Below are positions 41,749 to 52,380 of a DNA stretch of 64,000 nt, one piece after another. A program made the position numbers and the translations under genes. The notes under the pieces were generated by a model. The model saw only the letters and a program-made list of their open reading frames with translations, did no database searches and was not told the origin of the DNA. The stretch is taken from positions 1 to 64,000 of IMG/VR virus record IMGVR_UViG_3300050821_002957. The stretch is one strand, 5' to 3'. How positions within the stretch are numbered: the stretch's first letter is position 1; each line of letters opens with the position of its first letter.

Positions 41749-44553
41749 CTACAGGAAGTAATGCGGGTTGTTAATCATGCTTCCAACTGTTCCGTCAAAT
41801 CCAGGTTTCACTAGCATTTCTATCGCAATTTGGTTGACACCAGCCGGGGTGATAGCGGCATTATTCAGTGTCGCAAGAGCAACTTCTTGAATTGCAGCGT
41901 CAGAATTACCATTTCCTAGACCTTCAATGGCGACTGATTCTAATCTTGAGTTTCCGCCGTTCGTGTACAATTCTTCGATTGCTACCTGGGCAACCACTGC
42001 GTTCGGATGTCCAGAACAAACTGAAGCGATAGCAACTTGTTGAATATATGCAGAAGAAAATTCGACTAATTGGTTCAGAGTCAAAACTTCCATTGTGATT
42101 TGGGTTGTCAGACCACTCGGATCGCCTGGACCTTGTAACATTTCCAAGGTTGCCTGAGTCATTAAGACGAACGCTTTGATCGAATAAATTGCTTCAATAG
42201 CAACTTGATCAAGCAAAGCCTCTCCTCCATCGCCACCACCTAGACCTTCGATTGCGGCCTGTTGAATTGCAGCCAGATTTGCCAGATATAATACTTCTTC
42301 TACAACTTGAGTGTTTCGACAGTGTGAAGTGGGAATCCACAACATTTCATAGTTGATTGCCGTAACTCTGACATTTGGATTTCCGGTCGCCAACACTTCC
42401 ATCACTTCTTGTGTCAACAAAGCGTGTGTAAGGATCGAGAAAGTGACATAATCGTTGATCTCTTCTCCGAGAACACCATCTCCACCGATAGCCGCAATTC
42501 CACTGTTAGTAAACCCAACACTATTGCTGATCTGAGTGTTGTTAAGCGCTTCTCCAACGAACAATGGTAGCAAATCCCATTCTGCTCTTGTATTGTCTTC
42601 GAGTGGTTGGTTGAGAGCCGTTTCCATACTTCGATTAAATCCGAAGACATATTCGACATCGATACAACCAAGATAATTTGGACCACCTGCACTGCTAGAT
42701 GTTGTACCAGACATTGTAAAACTGCCACTGAAGATCGAAGCAAAATCAGGAGATCCAAAGAGTGTCTGATTAGCAATGATACCGAACAAATAATCTGGAC
42801 CGAGCAAGAAATTTGTGTTGGCAAGAGATACGTCAGATGCAGCCGGGAAAGTAACGCCATCTGCAAAGATAAACGAGCCAACACAATTTAATTCCGAATC
42901 TGGTAAGAAAATTACAGTTCCAAATTGATCTGTCGAGGTCGAAATAAAGACGGACGTGTTGCCATTGCAAGTAAACGTAGCATTGACTTGTCGAAACGGC
43001 GTGATAGCAACTGTGGTTTCTCCATTGCAAGTGATGAATCCACTTTGATTGAGATTCACTTTGCCTGTAAGAGTGCTGACGCCGATCAAATTTGCTGTAA
43101 CGAAGTGAACACCTGTAATGCTTGACTGACCATTGATCGATTGGGTCGTCGAATTTTGAATGACACCAATTCCCAAGATGGTTTGGATAGTAAGCAGTCC
43201 AACACTTGTCTGACCGGAAATGGTTTGTATGGTAGAATTTTGAATATCACCAGCACCAGTGATCGTCTTAGTCGTATCATTTTGAAGATCAGATTGGCCG
43301 GTGATCGTCTGGACTGTAAGTGTACCGATGTCAGATTGACCAGTGATCGTCTTGGTCGTATTATTTTCAAGATCAGCCGCACCAGGAATGGTCTGTATCG
43401 TATTTTTTGCAACACACGACTCACCATTGATCGTTTGTGTGGTGAGATTACCTACGTTTGCCTGACCAGTGATCGTATGTGTCGTTGTGGTTATGATGTC
43501 GCCAGCACCCAGAATAGTCTGTAGAGTATTGGCTTTGATATCCGATGTACCTTGAATGGTCGATACAAAGATGCCACCGATGTCCGAATAACCTTGAATG
43601 GTTTGCGTGGTCGTCTTTTGAATATCCGACTGACCAGTAAGCGTCTTAGTCGTCGTTACGGCAATGACGCTCTGACCAGTAAGTGTCTTGGTTGTGAGAC
43701 TTCCAATGCTTGTTTGACCAGTGAGCGTCTTAGTCGTCGTGATCTGAATGCTACCCTGACCAGTGATAGTCTGGGTGCGAGTGGACTGAATGTCACCTTG
43801 TCCAGTAATTGTCTTGGTTGTGAGGCTTCCGATGCTTGATTGACCAAGAATGGTTTTGGTTGTCGAAAGTTGAATGTCCGACTGACCAGTAATAGTCTGA
43901 GTTGTGGTTATACCGCCCGTCGAAGGCTGATAAAAGAATAATGTTTTCTTAAGAACCAGACCATCACTGGCGTTGCCGATGATGGTATGACGAAAAAGAT
44001 CAGCAAAGTGACCATACCCTCCTCTTGAAGTTGCCGAGGAAATGGTAAAAACAACTGATGCATCAACGGGGGTCCAGGTATCAGTTAGAACTGGACTATT
44101 CGGAGTCGGAGTTTGTCCGCTATATTGAGTCTCACTTGCTATCGTTACTTTACTGTACGTGTCGGTATTGAGATTAACGACTTCTTTGCGAGGAAGAGGA
44201 GCAGTTTCGGTTACGTCATATTGAATCGGATGACGAAAAAGATCAGCAAAGTGACCATATCCTCCTCTCGATTCTGCTGAAGAAATGGTAAAGATGACAG
44301 ATGAACTGACAGGAGGCCAAGTGTCATCTAAAAAAGTTGGATTGAGAGTTCCGTGAAGGATTGAACCAGCACCAGAAAGTGTCTGGACAGTATTTGCAGC
44401 GATATCGGACTGACCCGTAATCGTCGATGTAAATGTGCCAAGAAGATACGACTGGCCATTGATGCTCTTAGAAGTGAGTGTGCTTCCGCCGCTCGTACTT
44501 CCTAGTTGAGCACCACCTAACTGTAAATTTCCTAATTGCGATTGTTGGGGCAT
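41749..44553 (-). CDS. 934 aa repeat-rich virion protein
   Basis: 14 aa T-I-x-G-Q-S-D-I repeats, duplicated SRGGYGHFADLFRH block, QVAIE repeats. Confidence 0.8.
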   Translation of the reverse strand: MPQQSQLGNLQLGGAQLGSTSGGSTLTSKSINGQSYLLGTFTSTITGQSDIAANTVQTLSGAGSILHGTLNPTFLDDTWPPVSSSVIFTISSAESRGGYGHFADLFRHPIQYDVTETAPLPRKEVVNLNTDTYSKVTIASETQYSGQTPTPNSPVLTDTWTPVDASVVFTISSATSRGGYGHFADLFRHTIIGNASDGLVLKKTLFFYQPSTGGITTTQTITGQSDIQLSTTKTILGQSSIGSLTTKTITGQGDIQSTRTQTITGQGSIQITTTKTLTGQTSIGSLTTKTLTGQSVIAVTTTKTLTGQSDIQKTTTQTIQGYSDIGGIFVSTIQGTSDIKANTLQTILGAGDIITTTTHTITGQANVGNLTTQTINGESCVAKNTIQTIPGAADLENNTTKTITGQSDIGTLTVQTITGQSDLQNDTTKTITGAGDIQNSTIQTISGQTSVGLLTIQTILGIGVIQNSTTQSINGQSSITGVHFVTANLIGVSTLTGKVNLNQSGFITCNGETTVAITPFRQVNATFTCNGNTSVFISTSTDQFGTVIFLPDSELNCVGSFIFADGVTFPAASDVSLANTNFLLGPDYLFGIIANQTLFGSPDFASIFSGSFTMSGTTSSSAGGPNYLGCIDVEYVFGFNRSMETALNQPLEDNTRAEWDLLPLFVGEALNNTQISNSVGFTNSGIAAIGGDGVLGEEINDYVTFSILTHALLTQEVMEVLATGNPNVRVTAINYEMLWIPTSHCRNTQVVEEVLYLANLAAIQQAAIEGLGGGDGGEALLDQVAIEAIYSIKAFVLMTQATLEMLQGPGDPSGLTTQITMEVLTLNQLVEFSSAYIQQVAIASVCSGHPNAVVAQVAIEELYTNGGNSRLESVAIEGLGNGNSDAAIQEVALATLNNAAITPAGVNQIAIEMLVKPGFDGTVGSMINNPHYFL
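43100..43896 (-). repeat. About 19 tandem 14 aa (42 nt) Thr-rich repeats
   Basis: TITGQSDIQLSTTK, TILGQSSIGSLTTK, TITGQGDIQSTRTQ etc. Confidence 0.85.
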
Positions 44554-44608
44554 ATTTTTAGCCCCGTTACATCAAAGACCGAATTGAGGCAATGTAGGAC
44601 ACGTTGAA

Positions 44609-44615
44609 TATTTAT
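44609..44615 (-). promoter_or_regulatory. Possible late promoter ATAAATA
   Basis: In 98 nt intergenic gap upstream of 41749..44553. Confidence 0.5.
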
Positions 44616-44651
44616 CCTGCACTGGGTTACCTGCAAACTTTCTCAAAACGG

Positions 44652-45914
44652 TTAGGTGATAGTGACAAAAAGCGTTCCTCTAGCTCCTAAACTGTTATTG
44701 CCGCCAGCACCAAAATTGTTGTGTGTGATTGCAACCCAGTTGTGACTGTCCAAAGAATTGATCGTTGTTTCACAAGGGTATCCGTCATTGGAGACAAAGG
44801 CATTCCACAACTGTCCACGGAAATAACTTGTATCACCTACCCCAGTGAGTCCCCAGCCAATTAATGGATCACTCATAACAGCACTCATGTCATGCCATAG
44901 AGAACTACCGGGACTTTCTGCTGCCATCATATATGTTGCAGTCTGAGTTGATGCTAGAGATTGATAGCCTGGGCCGTCGCTATTATCACTTGTTTGGTCT
45001 ACTAAGTTTCCATTACAAAGATGTTGAAAACTTGGACTTGGTTCTGTTCCATTCCAAATCGAACAAGCTAATCGTGTCCGAAATGAAATCCTAGGCTGCG
45101 ATGGAACGTCTGAATCTGAAGCAGCATTTCCTTGCAGCCACATGGCTTCCCAAATTGCACCTTGAAGTGAAGTTGGAATAAATGGCACACCAAAGGCAGC
45201 ATAATCCCGAGACTGAACAGATCCAGGAACAACAATAAATGCTTGGTATTTGTTGCCATACATTTTGAAACCTTTTCCTGCGGCAGGGAGAAGCATTGTT
45301 CCGTTGCTATTTCCATTGGCTCCCACCTTTGAACCTGAAACATTTTGAAGGCTGATGCCAACTGTATTTGAGTTTGTTGTGGTGATTGTCACCTGCATCC
45401 GTAAATTTTGTGAAGCTGGTGAGCATGAAGACATACAGACAATCGAACTTGAATGATGGCCCGATACTGTAATCCACCCAGAAGCAACTAAATTATCCTC
45501 AATACCGGATGCCAAATCCTGTTTTGTATCGCCGATGAAAGAATTGGCTACAACCGAACCACCTGTATAGGTTTGATAAGAATTTCCACCCGAAACGAAC
45601 CCCAAAATTGTATTGGAATTGTTAGATGGAGAATTGAACAAAATGGTTGAAGACAGTCCGAGAGACGATCCATCACGAATGCGAACGTAGTTGATTCCGT
45701 TGATCGTACAAACTGATGCTGTGGCTCCAGCCAAACCAGAAAGATCAGTAACGATTTGTGCGGCAGTTCGAGCAGAACCGTTCGTAAGCGTAAAGACTTG
45801 AGCCGATCCACCATCAATACTTACGGAGAATTGATTGTTAGACGAAGTTATGTTGTAAGGCTCTGGGAGCGTATTTACAGCATCAGCGACAGAATCAGCA
45901 AATTGAATAGACAT
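44652..45914 (-). CDS. Virion protein, paralog family C
   Basis: KYQAFIVVPGS, GNAASDSD, SFRT.L shared with 45923..47131 and 50392..51297. Confidence 0.75.
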   Translation of the reverse strand: MSIQFADSVADAVNTLPEPYNITSSNNQFSVSIDGGSAQVFTLTNGSARTAAQIVTDLSGLAGATASVCTINGINYVRIRDGSSLGLSSTILFNSPSNNSNTILGFVSGGNSYQTYTGGSVVANSFIGDTKQDLASGIEDNLVASGWITVSGHHSSSIVCMSSCSPASQNLRMQVTITTTNSNTVGISLQNVSGSKVGANGNSNGTMLLPAAGKGFKMYGNKYQAFIVVPGSVQSRDYAAFGVPFIPTSLQGAIWEAMWLQGNAASDSDVPSQPRISFRTRLACSIWNGTEPSPSFQHLCNGNLVDQTSDNSDGPGYQSLASTQTATYMMAAESPGSSLWHDMSAVMSDPLIGWGLTGVGDTSYFRGQLWNAFVSNDGYPCETTINSLDSHNWVAITHNNFGAGGNNSLGARGTLFVTIT

Positions 45915-45919
45915 AATTT

Positions 45920-45926
45920 TATTTAG
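45920..45926 (-). promoter_or_regulatory. Late promoter CTAAATA
   Basis: Contains upstream TAA stop; 5 nt before ATG 45914. Confidence 0.65.
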
Positions 45927-47131
45927 GTGACAACGAAGAAAGATCCCCGACCTGTAGTTGATGTGCCAGTATTACTAGATGTGAGATTTTGCCAATTGGC
46001 TCCATCAATCGAAGTCAAAGTAGAATCGATAGTATATGATTCATTTGAGACGAAAGCATCCCAAAGCTGTCCACGACCCATTGCTTCGTCGGTAGCGGCT
46101 GTCAAACCGTACATAATGATGGGGTCTCCTAACATTGCACTTGCATCGTGCCATCTGTACCAACTAGCTGTTGTGCCGGGAAAAATATTTCCAAACTGGT
46201 TCAACAGACACATCATACCTGCGCCGCCGCCTGTAGGATTATTTGCAATTTCCCAAAGATTGTTATTCGTGATGAAGGTACAATTTCCAATTCCCGGACT
46301 ACCGCCCCAACCTAAAGCAGTCCTAAATGAACCTCGTACCGATGTATCTGAATCTGATGCCGCATTCCCATTAAGCCAGATTGCTTCGTAAATGACCGTT
46401 TGCAAAAATGAAGGAAGACAAGGTACACCGAAACCAACATAACCTCGTGCCGTACTAGAACCAGGAACAAAAGCAAACGCCTGATACTTGTCAGCGATTA
46501 CCTGATATGAACCATTTGATGGCAGCAAAAATCCACCATTGCTTGTGCCCTGTGTGCCTGCTTTTGTTCCCGTCACATTGGAGATTGTCACACCAAGACA
46601 ATTCGTACTTGCGTATAAGCTGACCCTCATTCTCAAATTTGAAGGATAGGGCGTCATGGACGATTGCAGAACGGTAGGTATCGAATGATGTCCCGAAATT
46701 GTAATCCATCCGGCACTGTTAAGAGCATCCTCAATACCAGAGGCTACAGTCTGCTTGGTCGAAGTCGAAAATGTAGAACTGACATTCGCACCACCAGTAT
46801 ATGTGGTCGCCACGAATCCTAAAGTTGAATTAGCATTGCTAGATGGAGCATTTATCAAAATTGTCGAACTTGATCCAAGTGCCGAAGTATCACGAATACG
46901 GACGTAATTTGCACCGTTGACTGTTGCTACTGATGCTGTTGCTCCAGTCAAAGCGGAAAGGTTTGACACAACCGTAGCAGCAGAAACCGTAGAACCATGT
47001 GTAAGAGTAAAGACCTGGGCTGAACCACCATCAATGGTCACCGACAATTGATCATTTGACGACGAGATATTATATGTGTCGTTCACCGTGCCTACTGCAT
47101 CGGCATTGAGGTCCATAAATTGAATTGACAT
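45923..47131 (-). CDS. Virion protein, paralog family C
   Basis: Colinear with 44652..45914 throughout. Confidence 0.75.
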   Translation of the reverse strand: MSIQFMDLNADAVGTVNDTYNISSSNDQLSVTIDGGSAQVFTLTHGSTVSAATVVSNLSALTGATASVATVNGANYVRIRDTSALGSSSTILINAPSSNANSTLGFVATTYTGGANVSSTFSTSTKQTVASGIEDALNSAGWITISGHHSIPTVLQSSMTPYPSNLRMRVSLYASTNCLGVTISNVTGTKAGTQGTSNGGFLLPSNGSYQVIADKYQAFAFVPGSSTARGYVGFGVPCLPSFLQTVIYEAIWLNGNAASDSDTSVRGSFRTALGWGGSPGIGNCTFITNNNLWEIANNPTGGGAGMMCLLNQFGNIFPGTTASWYRWHDASAMLGDPIIMYGLTAATDEAMGRGQLWDAFVSNESYTIDSTLTSIDGANWQNLTSSNTGTSTTGRGSFFVVT

Positions 47132-47526
47132 TAACTCACCATTGCGACATGCTGAAATTCCTTATCATCAATGATCGCTTTCCATCCAGCAATAAATCCA
47201 GAGCATTGTGGAACTGTACTTTGATTACTCATCGACATCATACGCCAATAGACGATTTCTTTTTTGGTATCTGGTGGAACGATTTGATTGATCGGTTGAA
47301 GTACGCCATCTACGACAATATCTCCGGTCTTCAAATTTACAATAACCTTGTTTGCTTCGGTTGGTGAAGCCAAAACAAAGGTCTCCAGATCAGAACGATT
47401 CAAGACATCATAGAATGCACTTGGACCATTGCCTTGTTCATCAGGAGGAATCAATGTTGACGTGTCTTCATGTGTCTGTGCAACCACATGACCATCTGAA
47501 AAAGTGGCTGTAAAAAGGTACTTCAT
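47131..47526 (-). CDS. Hypothetical protein
   Basis: 131 aa; TAATG coupling. Confidence 0.65.
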   Translation of the reverse strand: MKYLFTATFSDGHVVAQTHEDTSTLIPPDEQGNGPSAFYDVLNRSDLETFVLASPTEANKVIVNLKTGDIVVDGVLQPINQIVPPDTKKEIVYWRMMSMSNQSTVPQCSGFIAGWKAIIDDKEFQHVAMVS

Positions 47527-47527
47527 T

Positions 47528-48058
47528 TTAATTCTCCAAGTATTGAAGGCTCATCGTCGCTGTTGCCGTCAAGCCTGCGGCCACGCTACCTGTCGTCTGA
47601 AGCTGGGACGCCAAATATTGAGTATATGCTGGATTTGCCGTTGTCGATGAAGAAGGACTTGCACCTTGTGGACCCACTGAACTAAACAATACCGTCTGAC
47701 CTGAACCAATTGAAATCGTCGAAGTCATGTTCACTGTGAGACTGGCATTTGTTGTGGTTGAAGGAGTCGCATACGTGCTCGTTACAACACCATCCAAAGT
47801 GATGCCTGTTCCAAATGTTCCTGAAGTATGTGCCCATAGTCCATTTTGGATTTGAGTGTAGGTGCCCGAGAACTTACCGAACATGTAGATCGTGTAACTG
47901 TTGTTTCCAGCCGAAATTGGTGCAGCGGTATTAGCTGTCGTTGCGTCGTCGGCGTTCTTCCAATTTGTTTCAGTGCGGCCTGTGGCTCTTGTGGTTCCTT
48001 GTGCAGGCGATCCGGTCGCTACGCCGTGGTCGGATTCCCAATCAAATGTTGCTGGCAT
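47528..48058 (-). CDS. Putative virion protein
   Basis: 176 aa, T/S/G/A-rich; AGGAG SD. Confidence 0.65.
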   Translation of the reverse strand: MPATFDWESDHGVATGSPAQGTTRATGRTETNWKNADDATTANTAAPISAGNNSYTIYMFGKFSGTYTQIQNGLWAHTSGTFGTGITLDGVVTSTYATPSTTTNASLTVNMTSTISIGSGQTVLFSSVGPQGASPSSSTTANPAYTQYLASQLQTTGSVAAGLTATATMSLQYLEN

Positions 48059-48097
48059 GTTTTTGTAAACTCCTATGTAAAATACACTCTCTGCGGC

Positions 48098-48104
48098 TAT
48101 TTAG
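48098..48104 (-). promoter_or_regulatory. Late promoter CTAAATA
   Basis: Contains TAA stop of 48101..49162. Confidence 0.65.
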
Positions 48105-49162
48105 GAAAACGGTTCCCAATAGTTGGTCGGTGTGGTTCCGGTTTCGACTTCAAGCGAAAGAAGTTCGGCGAACATCGTTAAGCTGCTCCATTCACCCAAA
48201 TAGACTCCCATGTGAGTAGGGCGATTCGGGAGAAAGTCCGTCTGTGAGTAAGCGTTATCGGCTGGCCACATGGAACCATCGCCTGAGATTGCAAGGTAAA
48301 TGTCGCTATTGTGATACCCAAGCGCAAGATAATGAGGTACGCCGTTGTTGAACCCTTGGATACTAGCACCTCGACCCGTCGAATACTTCGTAGTGCTGAG
48401 ATTTTGTGTGGTGATATCGTTCCAGTAGTAGTAATTCACGGTGCCGTTTGTGTCGGTGTTCCAGCAGACCGCCTTGCCCGATGCGGCGTCATAGAGGTAG
48501 ATACCAAATCTAGAGGTGCCCGCCGCTGAGTGAGACGACCGACGAAGGTACAATCTTGCTCTGAAGTCGCCGCTGCCTGGAAGATTGCTTGATGGCGGGT
48601 GGAAGAAGGCATCGCCGTTATTAGTTCCGCCGTTGCCAAGACGGGTCACACCGCCTAGACTTGTGTACACATGGAAGTCACTACCGCTTGTCTTGTACAG
48701 CGTGTAAGTCGAACCATTAACAGGCGTACACAGGTGACCGAATGCGTAAGCGTCCCAAGACGTACCGTTGAAATAGTACTCGTAGGGGCTGGCATCGGTC
48801 GCTTTGTAGCGGTCACCTGTGTACGCAACCGTCGTAGAAGGCAGGTTGGCGTAGGTGCCTGTCTGGTTCTGATTCGCACGAATTGTTGTAATGGCACCAG
48901 CCGTCAAAACAGCACCTACGGCTGTACCACTAGTATGAGTTGCTGCGGTGGTAGATTCGTAACCACGAGTGACCGTCCAAGTTGTTCCTGAAACTGCCGT
49001 TACTAACATGATCTCGTTATCGATTTTGATTCGGAAATTTCCTGTTGTAGGATAGCCAGTCGATGTGTTTACACTGATACTCGTGGACGATGTTGAGGTA
49101 ATCGCCGAGGCAAGGTAATTACTGATATTGAAATCGTTGCAATATTGTTCTGAAAGTGCCAT
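48101..49162 (-). CDS. Virion protein, paralog family F, with lectin-like C-terminus
   Basis: IDNEIM..VTRG.E.T.A.TH N-terminal domain. Confidence 0.7.
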   Translation of the reverse strand: MALSEQYCNDFNISNYLASAITSTSSTSISVNTSTGYPTTGNFRIKIDNEIMLVTAVSGTTWTVTRGYESTTAATHTSGTAVGAVLTAGAITTIRANQNQTGTYANLPSTTVAYTGDRYKATDASPYEYYFNGTSWDAYAFGHLCTPVNGSTYTLYKTSGSDFHVYTSLGGVTRLGNGGTNNGDAFFHPPSSNLPGSGDFRARLYLRRSSHSAAGTSRFGIYLYDAASGKAVCWNTDTNGTVNYYYWNDITTQNLSTTKYSTGRGASIQGFNNGVPHYLALGYHNSDIYLAISGDGSMWPADNAYSQTDFLPNRPTHMGVYLGEWSSLTMFAELLSLEVETGTTPTNYWEPFS

Positions 49163-49166
49163 TTGC

Positions 49167-49565
49167 TTATGTCAATTGAACTGTGAGATTACCAGACAAA
49201 ATTTTAACTTCTTCTGTAGCGTTAACTGTGATGCTTGAATTCAGCGCTCCATAATACAGAAGATTGCCAGTGGTCAAAGCATCCCATATGCTTATATAGG
49301 CAACAGTTCCCCAACCTGCTGGTGTTGCTCCACCCCAAACAATTAAAGCATTTGTGCTGATCGAACCACCAGAGACAGAAGCCCATGAGATGGCTTGCCG
49401 AGCGTATGCGTTACCACTGATCTCGTTTGCAAGAGCCGTAGACGTAGACGCAGTTGGATTCGTCGCATGAAGTCCAGCGTAGACTGTTGTCGGTGGAGTG
49501 TACGCTGAATTGTTGAGCGTCCCATTCAACAGGGCGTTCTGTAAGTAAGTGCTGAATGCTCCCAT
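49167..49565 (-). CDS. Phage tail/fibre-associated protein, paralog family A
   Basis: YLQNALL, TTVYAGLHA.NPT, EISGNAYARQAI. Confidence 0.75.
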   Translation of the reverse strand: MGAFSTYLQNALLNGTLNNSAYTPPTTVYAGLHATNPTASTSTALANEISGNAYARQAISWASVSGGSISTNALIVWGGATPAGWGTVAYISIWDALTTGNLLYYGALNSSITVNATEEVKILSGNLTVQLT

Positions 49566-49991
49566 TTAACTCTCTGTCAGCACTAAACCAGCATTTGGGA
49601 TTCGGAATCCATCACCTGTATTAATAGTCTTTGCTACCGTAAGTGTGCCGAAATACAAAATGTATCCTCCGGTCGAAGCTGACATGATGGCTCCTGCTAC
49701 TACCGTTCCCCAATTTCCCGTTGCCGTTCCAAAATCAATGAGATTCTGATTTGATTTGACCCCGGCTGTTGTGACAGTCCAATTTTGTGTATAAGGTGTT
49801 CCCAAGTCGTTGGAAATTGCTTGACGAGTATACCCGGTTCCTGACGTGCTTACCTCTGTTCCACCGCCTGTCCAAGTTGGTGCTGCGGTGTACAGTGCCA
49901 CGTAGACGGTTGTGAGCCGAGTATAACTTGGACCACCGAGTACATGATCCAAAATGTCGTCTGCGAGTGTCTGTCCTTTACCTGATGCCAT
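49566..49991 (-). CDS. Phage tail/fibre-associated protein, paralog family A
   Basis: TTVYVALYTAAPT, EVS..GTGYTRQAI. Confidence 0.75.
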   Translation of the reverse strand: MASGKGQTLADDILDHVLGGPSYTRLTTVYVALYTAAPTWTGGGTEVSTSGTGYTRQAISNDLGTPYTQNWTVTTAGVKSNQNLIDFGTATGNWGTVVAGAIMSASTGGYILYFGTLTVAKTINTGDGFRIPNAGLVLTES

Positions 49992-50005
49992 CTTATGGTA
50001 TATAG

Positions 50006-50392
50006 CTACGAAACTGTAGCCGTGACGTTTCCGGTCAAAAATTTCAATACGTCACCAGCACCCACGTATTGAGGCGAAACCAAAGGTCCAAAGAACAACA
50101 AATTACCGCCTGTCGATGCATCTAGAATTGCTGCATAAACCACGTTGCCCCAGACACTCCCAGCGTAAGGGAAGGCAATATCCGTAGTGTTTGAGACGCT
50201 GCCGCCTGAGGGCGTACCAAATATGATTGGCTGGCGTACATAACTGACACCACTGATTTCTGTTCCGGTATCTGAAGCCGTAGGATTGGTCAAATAAAGA
50301 GCGAGAAACCAACTTGTAGGTAATGTAAACGAAGCATCGGTCAACAATGCGCCAATGACCTTGTTCGCTGTGGTCGTTCCAAGTGCTGCCAT
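50006..50392 (-). CDS. Phage tail/fibre-associated protein, paralog family A
   Basis: FLALYLTNPT, EISGVSYVRQPI. Confidence 0.75.
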   Translation of the reverse strand: MAALGTTTANKVIGALLTDASFTLPTSWFLALYLTNPTASDTGTEISGVSYVRQPIIFGTPSGGSVSNTTDIAFPYAGSVWGNVVYAAILDASTGGNLLFFGPLVSPQYVGAGDVLKFLTGNVTATVS

Positions 50393-51297
50393 TATGCGCT
50401 CACATGGAAAAGCGTTCCTCTCATTGATGCTGGGAGAGTAACGTTTCCGTTATTGTTATTTGTTAAACTATAGTAAGTATGCGAATCGACCAAAGAAGTT
50501 GTGTCTGCTGGATACGATTCAGTTGCAATGAACGAATCCCAAAGTTGTCCAGTGAGTTTTCCTTCATTATCGATAGTCGGAGCACCCCATGCAATTAGCG
50601 GTTCGACTATCAACGCTGAATCGTCAACCCAACGGTATCCTGTAATCACATGAGTAGCCGTCGATTGAAAACAAACCAATGATGGAAGACCGGGGTGAGT
50701 TGAACTGTCTGCTGCGATTGCATTATACTCTACCGCTGTGCTATTGATGATCGACCATCCTTGTGAAGGTGCATACCCAACCAAACCTCGTGCATTTAAT
50801 GATGTTCTAAAACTTCCTACCGTGTTACTTGTATCCGTATCAGACTGACCATCGCCCATAATGAATGCAGCGGTTGTCACTCCAAAGGTCACCAAGTTTG
50901 GCGGAAGATAGACGGCGCTCGCCATACAAAAATTTCGACTTGAAACCGATCCCGGAACAAAAATCACAAATTGATACTTGTCTGCGATGATACGATAATT
51001 CGCACTCGATGATGGATACAAAAAACAACCAACCGATTGGCTGAGTGTTTGTGTTGTATTCATCATACGAAGGCAAATACTCTGTGTACTGCCACCTGGA
51101 TCAAAAACTCGTACCTTGATCTGATTGCTCTGAGGCGTAAGAGCACTTTGATAGATTTTGTCTACGGAACTGTTGGTCGTCGTGATGCTCCAACCGGCTC
51201 CTGTAATTGCCGAATCAATCGCTGCGAATAATGATGCCTTATCCACAACGGTAGTAAGTGTGTTGACGAGTGTGCCGCCTGCGTATTGAATTGCCAT
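50392..51297 (-). CDS. Virion protein, paralog family C
   Basis: ADKYQFVIFVPGS, GQLWDSFIATESY. Confidence 0.7.
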   Translation of the reverse strand: MAIQYAGGTLVNTLTTVVDKASLFAAIDSAITGAGWSITTTNSSVDKIYQSALTPQSNQIKVRVFDPGGSTQSICLRMMNTTQTLSQSVGCFLYPSSSANYRIIADKYQFVIFVPGSVSSRNFCMASAVYLPPNLVTFGVTTAAFIMGDGQSDTDTSNTVGSFRTSLNARGLVGYAPSQGWSIINSTAVEYNAIAADSSTHPGLPSLVCFQSTATHVITGYRWVDDSALIVEPLIAWGAPTIDNEGKLTGQLWDSFIATESYPADTTSLVDSHTYYSLTNNNNGNVTLPASMRGTLFHVSA

Positions 51298-51298
51298 G

Positions 51299-52378
51299 TT
51301 AGCTTGTAATCTCTATTCCAAATTCTGCGTCGTTCAAATCCACCAATGCCCACGGAGCCGATGTCGCAGGATTGTACTCCCAGATGTCTCCCATGTACGT
51401 GTATGAAGAGTAACAAACAAAATCTGGACCTTGATAATTGGTAGATCCTAATCTTAGCAAGGGACAGACGCTTCGGCTTCCCGTATTGTCCCGTCTCACT
51501 GACATGTGTTCTTGAACTGCAAAAATATTGCCAGTGATAGCAAAAGGAGTGATCGAATAAAGATCGATTGCACCCACGTTTCCATTGTAATTATATAGTC
51601 CAGTCTCTACGTAGTTCGTCACACCATCGACGTTCAAAGCATTGACAGAGCCAGTAGAACGTAAGAAATCATTTTCGTATCCATCTGCATCAGGATAGTT
51701 CGTCTGGACTCTGACCTCTCCTAAGAAAGTCGTGTGTCTTAGACCATCGTTAGGGTCGATCATGTAAAAATCATCGACAATCACGGATGGTCCAAGTCCA
51801 CCCATTTGAGACAAGTGAAAAATATTCCAAGTTGGATTGCTACTCTGTTGTGTTGTGATGCCGCCGACATTGCATAAAGTTGCTCCATCGACACGAATTT
51901 CTACGCTGCCAGGACTACCGACTGTAATTGCAATTTCGATATAAAACCACAATGTCAAAGGAGGGACAAATGTGGTTGTTGCTAGAATCGTATCTGTAAT
52001 TTGATCGCCATAGCCGGTCCTAACTTCGATCACATAAGTTGTAGGGTTAACCCACACCGAACACTGAATTGTTTCTACTGATGACTGAAAGTCACCCAAA
52101 AACATAAATGGCTCAGTGATGCCGCTATTGAAACCCTGAAAAGAATTAATCAAAACCGCAAATCCTACGATCACACCGGCACGGCTTGACGTAAATTGTT
52201 TATGAAGTCCATTCTGGATACCTTCGGTCGTACCAGTGCTTGAACCAAGAGACACACAACCACCGCCCCATCTTCCCACACCACCGTTTATGGCATTCGT
52301 CGCTTGATCCCATAGACGACCACCAGGACCATAGACGTTTTGTGTGAAATCGAACCCATCAAAGAAAATTATGCTCAT
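51299..52378 (-). CDS. Virion protein, paralog family B (LamG/ConA-like)
   Basis: MSIIFFDGFD, WFYIEI, DDFY...LGEVRVQT.YP. Confidence 0.75.
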   Translation of the reverse strand: MSIIFFDGFDFTQNVYGPGGRLWDQATNAINGGVGRWGGGCVSLGSSTGTTEGIQNGLHKQFTSSRAGVIVGFAVLINSFQGFNSGITEPFMFLGDFQSSVETIQCSVWVNPTTYVIEVRTGYGDQITDTILATTTFVPPLTLWFYIEIAITVGSPGSVEIRVDGATLCNVGGITTQQSSNPTWNIFHLSQMGGLGPSVIVDDFYMIDPNDGLRHTTFLGEVRVQTNYPDADGYENDFLRSTGSVNALNVDGVTNYVETGLYNYNGNVGAIDLYSITPFAITGNIFAVQEHMSVRRDNTGSRSVCPLLRLGSTNYQGPDFVCYSSYTYMGDIWEYNPATSAPWALVDLNDAEFGIEITS

Positions 52379-52380
52379 AC

